64,000 nt of DNA, taken from the NCBI GenBank assembly GCA_964016885.1, contig OZ024740.1, forward strand, positions 436,294,001 to 436,358,000, in the 5' to 3' direction. Of this stretch, positions 30,001 through 40,678 are shown piece after piece. Each line of letters starts with the position of its first letter. Within the stretch, counting starts at the first letter, position 1. The position numbers and the translations under genes are program-made. The notes beneath the pieces are model-generated. The model had not been told where the DNA came from, made no database searches, and saw nothing but the letters and a program-made list of their open reading frames with translations. This stretch comes from Eledone cirrhosa. Taxonomy: Eukaryota.

Positions 30001-33000
30001 CTGTAACGTAATGTCTGTAGTATATACGTCTGTAAGGTAATGTCTGTAGTATATACATCTGTGTGGTAATGTCTGTAGTATATACATCTGTATGTTAATG
30101 TCTGTAGTATATACATCTGTAAGATAATGTCTGTAGTATATACATGTGTAAGGTAATGTCTGTAGTATATACATCTGTATTGTAATGTCTGTAATATACA
30201 CATCTGTATTGTAATGTCTGTAATATATACATCTTGAAGTTAATGTCTGTAGTATATACATCTGTATGGTAATGTCTGTAGTATATACATCTGTAAGGTA
30301 GTGTCTGTAGTATATACATCTGTATGATAATGTCTGTAGTATATACATCTGTATGGTAATGTCTGTAGTATATACATCTGTAAGGTAGTGTCTGTAGTAT
30401 ATACATCTGTAAGATAATGTCTGTAGTATATACATCTGTAAGGTAATGTCTGTAGTATATACATGTGTAAGGTAATGTCTGTAGTATATAAATCTGTATG
30501 GTAATGTCTGTAGTATATACATCTGTAAGTTAATGTCTGTAGTATATACATCTGTAAGGTAATGTCTATAGTTTATACATCTGTAAGGTAATGTCTGTAG
30601 TATATACATCTGTATTTTAATGCTTGTAGTACATACATCTATATGGTAATGTCTGTACTATATACATCTGTATTTTAATTTCTGTAGTATATACATCTGT
30701 AAGATAATGTCTGTAATATATACATCAGTACGAAAATGTCTGTAGTATATACATCTGTAAGGTAATGTCTGTAGTATATACATCTGTAAGATAAGTTCTG
30801 TGTTATATACATGTGTAAGATAATGTCTGTAGTATATACATCTGTAAGATAATGTCTGTAGTATATACATCTGTATGTTAATGTCTGTAGTATATACATC
30901 TGTATGTTAATGTCTGTAGTATAGACATCTGTAAAGTAATGTCTGTAGTATATACATCTGTAAGGTAATGTCTGTAGTATATACATCTGTAAGATAACGT
31001 CTGTAGTATATACATCTGTAAGGTAATGTCTGTAATATATACATATTTGAGGTAATGTCTGTAGTATATACATCTGTAAGATAATATCTGTAGTATATAC
31101 ATATGTAAGATAATGTCTGTTGTATATACATCTGTAAGGTAATGTTTGTAGTATATACATCTGTATTGTAATGTCTGTAATATATACATCTGTATTGTAA
31201 TGTCTGTAATATATACATATTGAAGTTAATGTCTGTAGTATATACATCTGTAAGGTAATGCCTGTAGTATATACACCTGTAAGGTAATGTCTGTAATATA
31301 TACATCTGTAAGGTAATGTCTGTAGTATATACATCTGTATTTTAATGTCTCTAGTATATACATCTATATGGTAATGTCTGTAGTATATACATCTGTATTT
31401 TAATGTCTGTAGTATATACATCTGTATGGTAATGTCTGTAGTATATACATCTGTAAGATAATGTCTGTAGTATATACATCTGTAAGGTAATGTCTGTAGT
31501 ATATACATCTGTAAGATAACGTCTGTAGTATATACATCTGTAAGGTAATGTCTGTAATATATACATATTTGAGGTAATGTCTGTAGTATATACATCTGTG
31601 TGGTAACGTCTGGAGTATATACATCTGTATGGTAATGTCAGTAATATATACATCTGTAAGGTAATGTCTGTAGTATATACATCTGTGTGGTAATGTCTGT
31701 AGTATATACATCTGTATGTTAATGGCTGTAGTATATACATCGGTAAGATAATGTCTGTTGTATGTGCATCTGTAAGGTAATGTCTGTAGTATATACATCT
31801 GTATTGTAATGTCTGTAATATATACATCTGTATTGTAATGTCTGTAATATATAAATCAGTAAGAAAATGTCTGTAGTATATACATCTGTAAGGTAATGTC
31901 TGTAGTATATACATCTGTAAGGTAATGTCTGTGTTATATACATCTGTAAGGTAATGTCTGTAGTATATACATCTGTAAGGTAAGTTCTGTGTTATATACA
32001 TGTGTAAGATAATGTCTGTAGTATATACATCTGTGTGGTAATGTCTGTAGTTTATACATCTGTATGTTAATGTCTGTAGTATATACATCTATATGGTAAT
32101 GTCTGTAGTATATACATCTGTATTTTAATGTCTCTAGTATATACATCTATATGGTAATGTCTGTAGTATATACATCTGTATTTTAATGTCTGTAGTATAT
32201 ACATCTGTATGGTAACGTCTGTAGTATATACATCTGTAAGGTAGTGTCTGTAGTATATACATCTGTAAGATAATGTCAGTAGTATATACATCTGTATGGT
32301 AATGTCTAATGTATATACATCCGTAAGATAATGTCTGTAGTACATACATCTGTAAGATAATGTCTGTAATATATACATCTGTAAGATAATGTCTGTAGTA
32401 TATACATCTGTAAGGTAATGTCTGTAGTATATACATCTGTATTTTAATGTCTGTAGTATATACATCTATATGGTAATGTCTGTAGTATATACATCTGTAT
32501 GGTAATGTCTGTAGTATATACATCTGTATGGTAATGTCTGTAGTATATACATCTGTATTTTAATGTCTGTAGTATATACATCTGTATGGTAATGTCTGTA
32601 GTATATACATCTGTAAGGTAGTGTCTGTAGTATATACATCTGTATGATAATGTCTGTAGTATATACATCTGTTAGGTAATGTCTGTAGTATATACATCTG
32701 TAAGATAATGTCTGTAGTATATACATCTGTAAGATAATATCTGTAGTATATACATCTGTATAGTAATGTCTGTAGTATATATACATCTGTAAGGTAATGT
32801 CTGTAGTATATACATCTGTAAGGTAATGTCTGTAGTATATACATCTGTAAGATAATATCTGTATTATACACATCTGTATAGTAATGTCTGTAGTATATAC
32901 ATCTGTATGGTAATGTCTGTAATATATATATTTGTAAGGTAATGTGTGTAGTATATACATCTGTAAGGTAATGTCTATAGTTTATACATCTGTAAGGTAA

Positions 33001-36000
33001 TGTCTGTAGTATATACATCTGTAAGGTAATGTCTGTAGTATATACATCTTTATTTTAATGCCTGTAGTATATACATCTGTATGGTAATTTCTGTAGTATA
33101 TACATCTGTAAGGTAATGTCTGTAGTATATACATCTGTAAGGTAATGTCTGTAATATATACATCTGTAAGGTAATGTCTGTAGTATATACATCTGTAAGA
33201 TAATGTCTGTAGTATATACATCTGTAAGATAATGTCTGTAGTATATACATCTATATGGTAATGTCTGTAGTATATACATCTGTATTTTAATGTCTCTAGT
33301 ATATACATCTGTATGGTAATGTCTGTAGTATATACATCTGTATTGTAATGTCTGTAATATATACATCAGTAAGAAAATGTCTGTAGTATATACATCTGTA
33401 AGGTAATGTCTGTAGTATATACATCTGAAAGGTAAGTTCTGTGTTATATACATCTGTAAGGTAATATCTGTAGTATATACATCTGTGTGGTAATGTCTGT
33501 AGTATATACATCTGTATGTTAATGTCTGTAGTATATACATCTATATGGTAATGTCTGTAGTATATACATCTGTATTTTAATGTCTCTAGTATATACATCT
33601 ATATGGTAATGTCTGTAGTATATACATCTGTATTTTAATGTCTGTAGTATATACATCTGTATGGTAATGTTTGTAGTATATTCATCCGTAAGATAATGTC
33701 TGTAGTATATACATCTGTAAGATAATGTCTGTAATATATACATCTGTAAGATAATTTCTGTAGTATATACATCTGTAAGGTAATGTCTGTAGTATATACA
33801 TCTGTATGGTAATGTCTGTAGTATATACATCTGTATTTTAATGTCTGTAGTATATACATCTATATGGTAATGTCTGTAGTATATACATCTGTATGGTAAT
33901 GTCTGTAGTATATACATCTATATGGTAATGTCTGTAGTATATACATTTTGTATTTTAATGTCTGTAGTATATACATCTGTATGGTAATGTCTGTAGTATA
34001 TACATCTGTAAGGTAATGTCTGTAGTATATACATCTGTAAGGTAATGTCTGTAGTATATACATCTGTAAGGTAATGTCTGTAGTATATACATGTGTAAGG
34101 TAATGTCTGTAGTATATACATCTGTAAGTTAATGTCTATAGTTTATACATCTGTAAGGTAATGTCTGTAGTATATACATCTGTAAGGTAATGTCTGTAGT
34201 ATATACATCTGTCTGATAATGTCTGTAGTATATACATCTGTAAGATAATGTCTGTAGTATATACATCTGTAAGATAATGTCTGTAGTATATACATCTGTA
34301 AGGTAATGTGTGTAGTATATACATCTGTAAGTTAATGTCTATAGTTTATACATCTGTATTTTAATGCCTGTAGTATATACATCTGTATGGTAATGTCTGT
34401 AGTATATATATCTGTATGGTAATGTCTGTAGTATATACATCTGTAAGGTAATGTCTGTAGTATATACATCTGTATGGTAATGTCTGTAGTATATACCTCT
34501 GTAAGGTAGTGTCTGTAGTATATACATCTGTATGATAATGTCTGTAGTATATACATCTGTATGGTAATGATGTCTGTAGTATATACATCTGTAAGATAAT
34601 GTCTGTAGTATATACATCTGTAAGGTAATGTCTGTAGTATATACATCTGTATGATAATGTCTGTAGTATATAAATCTGTATGGCAATGTCTGTAGTATAT
34701 ACATCTGAAAGTTAATGTCTGTAGTATATACATCTGTAAGGTAAAGTCTATAGTTTATACATCTGTAAGGTAATGTCTGTAGTATATACATCTGTATTTT
34801 AATGTCTGTAGTATATACATCTGTAAGGTAATGTCTGTAGTATATACATCTGTAAGATAATGTCTGTAATATATACATGAGTAAGAAAATGTCTGTAGTA
34901 TATACATCTGTAAGGTAAGTTCTGTATTATATACATGTGTAAGATAATGTCTGTAGTATATACATCTGTAAGATAATGTCTGTAGTATATACATCTGTAT
35001 GTTAATGTCTGTAGTATTTACATCTGTATGGTAATGTCTGTAGTATATACATCTGTAAGATAATGTCTGTAGTATATACATCTGTATTGTAATGTCTGTA
35101 ATATATACATCTGTATTGTAATGTCTGTAATATATACATCTTGAAGTTAATGTCTGTAGTATATACATCTGTAAGGTAATGTCTGTAGTATATACATGTG
35201 TAAGGTAATGTCTGTAGTATATACATCTGTATGGTAATGTCTGTAGTATATACATCTGTAAGATAATGTCTGTAGTATATACATCTGTAAGTTAATGTCT
35301 GTAGTATATATATCTGTAAGATAATGTCTGTAGTATATAAATCTGTATGGTAATGTCTGTAGTATATACATCTGTAAGATAATGTCTGTAGTATATACAT
35401 CAGTTTGGTAATGTCTGTAGTATATACATCTGTAAGGTAATGTCTGTAGTATATACATCTGTAAGGTAATGTCTGTAGTATATACATCTGTAAGGTAACG
35501 TCTGTAGTATATACATCTGTATGGTAATGTCTGTAATATATACATCTGTAAGGTAATGTCTGTAGTATATACATCTGTTTGGTAATGTCTGTAGTATATA
35601 CATCTGTAAGGTAATGTCTGTAGTATATACATATGTAAGATAATGTCTGTAGTATATACATCTGTTTGGTAATGTCTGTAGTATATACATCTGTATGGTA
35701 ATGTCTGTAGTATATAAATCTGTATGGTAATGTCTGTAGTATATACATCTGTAAGTTAATGTCTGTAGTATATACATCTGTAAGGTAATGTCTTTAGTAT
35801 ATACATCTGTAAGATAATGTCTGTAGTATATACATCTGTAAGATAATATCTGTTGTATATACATCTGTATGGTAATGTCTGTAGTATATACATCTGTAAG
35901 TTAATGTCTGTAGTATATACATCTGTAAGGTAATGTCTTTAGTATATACATCTGTAAGATAATGTCTGTAGTATATACATCTGTAAGATAATATCTGTAG

Positions 36001-38257
36001 TATATACATCTGTATAGTAATATCTGTAGTATATACATCTGTAAGATAATATCTGTAGTATATACATCTGTATAGTAATATCTGTAGTATATACATCTGT
36101 AACGTAATGTCTGTAGTATATACGTCTGTAAGGTAATGTCTGTAGTATATACATCTGTAAGGTAATGTCTGTAGTATATACATCTTTTTGGTAATGTCTG
36201 TAGTATATACATCTGTTTGGTAATGTCTGTAGTATATACATCTGTTTGGTAATGTCTGTAGTATATACATCTGTAAGGTCATGTCTGTAGTATATACATC
36301 TGTAAGGTAATGTCTGTAGTATATACATGTGTAAGGTAATGTCTGTAGTATATACATCTGTATGGTAATGTCTGTAGTATATACATCTGTAAGGTAATGT
36401 CTTTAGTATATACATCTGTAAGATAATGTCTGTAGTATATACATCTGTAAGATAATATCTGTAGTATATACATCTGTATGGTAATGTCTGTAGTATATAC
36501 ATCTGTAAGTTAATGTCTGTAGTATATACATCTGTAAGGTAATGTCTTTAGTATATACATCTGTAAGATAATGTCTGTAGTATATACATCTGTAAGATAA
36601 TATCTGTAGTATATACATCTGTATAGTAATATCTGTAGTATATACATCTGTAAGATAATATCTGTAGTATATACATCTGTATAGTAATATCTGTAGTATA
36701 TACATCTGTAACGTAATGTCTGTAGTATATACGTCTGTAAGGTAATGTCTGTAGTATATACATCTGTAAGGTAATGTCTGTAGTATATACATCTGTAAGG
36801 TAATGTCTGTAATATATACATCTGTAAGGTAATGTCTGTAGTATATACATCTGTAAGGTAATGTCTGTAGTATATACATCTGTAAGGTAATGTCTGTAGT
36901 ATATACATCTGTAAGGTAATGTCTGTAGTATATACATGTGTAAGGTAATGTCTGTAGTATATACATCTGTATGGTAATGTCTGTAGTATATACATCTGTA
37001 AGGTAATGTCTGTAGAATATACATCTGTAAGGTAATGTCTGTAGTATATACATCTGTAAGGTAATGTCTGTAGTATATTCATGTGTAAGGTAATGTCTGT
37101 AGTATATACATCTGTAAGGTAATGTCTGTAGTATATACATCTGTAAGGTAATGTCTGTAGTATATACATCTGTAAGGTAATGTCTGTAGTATATACATCT
37201 GTAAGGTAATGTCTGTAGTATATACATCTGTAAGGTAATGTCTGTAGTATATACATCTGTAAGGTAATGTCTGTAGTATATACATGTGTAAGGTAATGTC
37301 TGTAGTATATACATCTGTATGGTAATGTCTGTAGTATATACATCTGTAAGGTAATGTCTGTAGTATATACATGTGTAAGGTAATGTCTGTAGTATATACA
37401 TCTGTATGGTAATGTCTGTAGTATATACATCTGTAAGGTAATGTCTGTAGTATATACATCTGTAAGGTAATGTCTGTAGTATATACATGTGTAAGGTAAT
37501 GTCTGTAGTATATACATCTGTATGGTAATGTCTGTAGTATATACATCTGTATGGTAATGTCTGTAGTATATACATCTGTAAGATAATATCTGTAGTATAT
37601 ACATCTGTATAGTAATATCTGTAGTATATACATCTGTAACGTAATGTCTGTAGTATATACATCTGTAAGGTAATGTCTGTAGTATATACATCTGTAAGGT
37701 AATGTCTGTAGTATATACATCTGTAAGGTAATGTCTGTAGTATATACATGTGTAAGGTAATGTCTGTAATATATACATCGGTAAGGTAATGTCTGTAGTA
37801 TATACATCTGTAAGATAATGTCTGTAGTATATACATCTGTAAGGTAATGTCTGTAGTATATACATCTGTAAGGTAATGTCTGTAGTATATACATCTGTAA
37901 GGTAATGTCTGTAGTATATACATCTGTAAGGTAATGTCTGTAATATATACATCTGTAAGGTAATGTCTGTAGTATATACATATGTAAGATAATGTCTGTA
38001 ATATATACATCTGTAAGGTAATGTCTGTAATATATACATCTGTAAGCTAATGTCTGTAGTATATACATCTGTAATGTAATGTCTGTAGTATATACATCTT
38101 TAAGGTAATGTCTGTAGTATATACATCTTTAAGGTAATGTCTGTAGTATATACATCTGTAAGGTAATGTTGGTAATATATACATCTGTAGGGTAATGTCT
38201 GTAGTATATACATTTTTAAGGTAATGTCTGTAGTATATACATCTTTAAGGTAATGTC
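1..38257. repeat. 29-bp tandem satellite, consensus CTGTAAGGTAATGTCTGTAGTATATACAT, about 1,300 monomers in the window; continues past the left edge
   Basis: Uninterrupted 29-nt period in one orientation. Common variants are AAGG/ATGG/AAGA and AGT/AAT. It ends sharply at ...TTTAAGGTAATGTC|GTTTTCC (38257). Confidence 0.99.
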
Positions 38258-38858
38258 GTTTTCCTTTAACCAACTCTCCATAAAAGAGTTGTTGGTATTC
38301 TAGAATTGTTGGTATTCTAGAATCCTTCATCCTGGCAAGGTGACCACTCCAACGGAGTCGTTGCTTAAGCACAAGAGCTTCTATACTGTCACACATAGAG
38401 CTTTCCAAAATCTCGACATTACTCATGTGGTCCCTCCAGTGAACGCCATGGATCCTTCTGAGACACATCTGATGGAAACGCTCCAATTGCTTAAGGTGTT
38501 GTCGATATGTGTCCCAGGTCTCGCAGGCATAAAGTAGACAAGAGAGCACACATGCCCTGTACACCTTTACCTTTGTCCTCCTGCATATGTCTTGCCGACC
38601 CCAGAGTTGCCTTTCTAGCTTTCCGAAAGCATCACTTGCTTTCCTAATCCTAAGTGAGATTTCACTGTCAAGGTTGCTGTATCGATTGACAGTGCTTCCC
38701 ATGTAGACAAACTGATCAACCACTCCAAGTCGTTTACCATACACATACATATTTGGTTCAGTGTACTGCTTACCAGGGGCAGGTTGGTACATGACGACGG
38801 TTTTCTTGAGACTGACAGTCAATTTTAGGGCAGTGCAAGCGTCAGAAAATGCAATCAA
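38258..38858 (-). mobile_element. Truncated RTE-clade non-LTR retrotransposon (LINE) fragment: C-terminal part of the reverse transcriptase and the region after it
   Basis: The translation has RTE-type motifs in the expected order: FSDAC..LKLTVSLKKTVVMYQP, VDQFVYMGS, EISLRIRKASDAFGKL, TKVKVYRACVLSCLLYACETW, LERFHQMCLRRI, RLRWSGHLARM, RIP..QLFYGEL..GKR. The YADD catalytic motif, the endonuclease and the native 3' end are absent. Confidence 0.93.
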
Positions 38859-38967
38859 AATGTATGAGGGAGCTTATAGATAGGACAACACACTCTGTCT
38901 TTTCGTGGGCTAAGTTTTTAATTAATTTTTGTATTCTAAATCATCAAAATACAACAATTCTTTGGTC

Positions 38968-39015
38968 ACATACATACATACATACATACATACATACATA
39001 CATACATACATACAT
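38968..39015 (-). repeat. (ACAT)n/(ATGT)n microsatellite; 3' tail or target tract of short RTE-derived copy 1
   Basis: About 12 perfect ACAT units directly abutting GGTGGCTGC, the element's 3' end on the minus strand. Confidence 0.95.
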
Positions 39016-39621
39016 GGTGGCTGCAAACTCATTTTCGAGTACGGCCACTACTTTATATCCATGTAGGAGAACCCCTACTGATGCGCTGAACGAGTGTGAC
39101 TTTTTAGTCCAGCCAGCGACTTGAAAACTATGGTACAAACACTACACTTGTGACAATTACTGACACATAGTGCTGGGCCCATTGTACCATATTACGACAA
39201 GTGCAGAGAGATCTCGAGATATAAAGCAATGCCTGTGCCGTGAAGCTTTTATAGTGAGCAAAGGCACTGCACAAAGCCAGTCCCACTCTCTTAACCAAGA
39301 TGATATTTACCAAAAAGAAGAACAAGTCAACATCATTGGATACCATCAGGGTTGCAGGTGTTATATCAGAGTTTTCCTTCTCCTAGAATTCTGCTTTGAC
39401 AAAGGCTAAGTGGTCATCTCTCCCTGTGATTTTGGATGGCCATTGACTCTTAAGAGCTCCTTTGCCCTTTGACAGGTTTTGTTTTTAGTCCTGCAGGATG
39501 TCCAAAGTCACCCTCCTCACCAAGAAACCTTGGTGGGGTTGCCAGTTTAGTCGCCAACGACCCGACCATGAGACAGGTTGTACTGGGATACATGTTACCA
39601 GTAGCACCAACTGGTGACCTG
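39016..39621 (-). mobile_element. Short non-autonomous RTE-derived retroelement, copy 1 (longest, about 606 bp)
   Basis: Closely similar to 39678-40005 and 40021-40427. The 3' part encodes CSVCTIVFKSLAGLKSHTRSAHQ*, a C2H2 finger of the kind that ends RTE ORFs, followed by a short UTR hairpin and the (ATGT)n tail. The 5' part is non-coding and contains CTAGGAGAAGGAAAACTCTGAT, which I recall from RTE 5' UTRs (not verified). Confidence 0.78.
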
Positions 39622-39677
39622 ACATACATACATACATACATACATATATACATACATACATACATACATACATACAT
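39622..39677 (-). repeat. (ACAT)n microsatellite; tail of copy 2
   Basis: About 14 units with one ATAT interruption, between the 5' end of copy 1 and the 3' end of copy 2. Confidence 0.95.
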
Positions 39678-40005
39678 GGTGGCTGCCAACTCGTTTTCGA
39701 GTGCGGCCACTACTTTATATCCATGTAGGAGAACTCCTACCGATGGGCTGAACGAGTGTGACTTTTTAGTCCAGCCAGCGACTTGAAAACTCTGGTACAA
39801 ACACTACATTTGTGACAATTATTGACACATAGTGGTGGGCCCATGGTAACATGTGACGACAAGTGCAGAGAGATCTCCAGATATAAAGCAATGCCTGTGC
39901 CGTGAAGCTTTTATAGTGAGCAAAGGCACTGCACAAAGCCAGTCCCACTCTCTTAACCAAGTTGATATTTACCAAAAAGAAGAACAAGTCAACATCATTG
40001 GATAC
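39678..40005 (-). mobile_element. Short RTE-derived element, copy 2 (5'-truncated, about 328 bp)
   Basis: Same 3' end as copy 1 and encodes CSVCTRVFKSLAGLKSHTRSAHR*. Similarity to copy 1 stops at CATTGGATAC(CAT). Confidence 0.78.
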
Positions 40006-40020
40006 CATACATACATACAT
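40006..40020 (-). repeat. Short (CATA)n tract; tail of copy 3
   Basis: CATACATACATACAT between copy 2 and copy 3. Confidence 0.9.
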
Positions 40021-40427
40021 GGTGGCTGCCAACTCGTTTTCGAGTACGGCCACTACTTTATATCCATGTAGAAGAACCCCTACCGATGCGTTGAACGAGT
40101 GTGACTTTTAAGTCCAGCCAGCGACTTGAAAACTCTGGTACAAACACTACACTTATGACAATTATTGACACAGTGCAGGGCCCATGGTACCATGTGACGA
40201 CAAGTGCAGAGAGATCTCCAGATATAAAGCAATGCCTGTGCCGTGAAGCTTTTATAGTGAACAAAGGCAATGCACAAAGCCAGTCCCACTCTCTTAACCA
40301 AGATGATATTTACCAAAAAGAAGAACGAGTCAACATCATTGGATACTATCAGGGCTGCAGGTGTTATATCAGAGTTTTCCTTCTCCTAGAATTCTGCCTT
40401 GACAAAGGCTAATGGGTCATCTCTCCC
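40021..40427 (-). mobile_element. Short RTE-derived element, copy 3 (5'-truncated, about 407 bp)
   Basis: Same 3' end. The ORF track shows CSVCTRVFKSLAGLKSHTRSTHR* (about 40080-40151). Similarity to copy 1 stops at GTCATCTCTCCC. Confidence 0.78.
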
Positions 40428-40428
40428 G

Positions 40429-40507
40429 TACATACATACATACATACATACATACATACATACATACATACATACATACATACATACATACATACATACA
40501 TACATAC
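40429..40507. repeat. Perfect (TACA)n microsatellite, about 19-20 units, attached to the SINE
   Basis: Directly visible in the sequence. Confidence 0.97.
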
Positions 40508-40678
40508 GGAAGGTTCCCCCACAATTTTGTGCCAATCAAATTTCACTTACACTATCCTAGACAACCTAGGAGTTAAGGAGAAAAAACCTTGTCCAATCTG
40601 CTGCTCAATGGGATGGAACCCGGCGTCACGTGGTTACGAAATATCCTTCTTTATCACACAACCATGCCGTCTGTACCC
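40508..40678 (-). mobile_element. Diverged tRNA-derived SINE (head and body) ending in the ATGT tract
   Basis: The minus strand reads GGCATGGTTGTGTGATAAAG (A-box-like) ... CCGGGTTCCATCCC (B-box-like) ... TTGGACAAGG ... GTAAGTGAAATTTGATTGGCACAAAATTGTGGGGGAACCTTCCGTATGTATG. The layout resembles, from memory, abundant cephalopod tRNA-SINEs. Confidence 0.68.
40610..40664 (-). promoter_or_regulatory. Degenerate RNA polymerase III internal promoter (A and B boxes) of the SINE
   Basis: A-box-like TGGTTGTGTGAT (40653-40664) and B-box-like GGTTCCATCCC (40610-40620) with tRNA-like spacing of about 32 nt. Both deviate from consensus. Confidence 0.55.

Noticed and set aside
5-38068. Hundreds of minus-strand ORFs (MYILQTLPYRCIYYRH...) as protein genes
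   Set aside because: They are translations of the 29-bp satellite, with the same peptide in all frames. Indels of 1-2 nt and stop variants are tolerated.
1-38257. Telomeric repeat (TAAGG resembling TTAGG) or a proven centromere
   Set aside because: There are no tandem TTAGG/TTAGGG runs. Centromere function cannot be inferred from sequence without CENP-A data.
38100-38858. Intact, functional reverse transcriptase gene
   Set aside because: It starts downstream of the catalytic YADD motif, has an in-frame TAA just upstream, relies on a TTG start and lacks the endonuclease.
39070-39130. Hammerhead ribozyme/retrozyme reading of the three copies (CTGATGCG...TTGAAAAC)
   Set aside because: The core should be CTGANGA. 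Copies 2 and 3 have CCGATG, and the segment is the antisense of the zinc-finger coding end.
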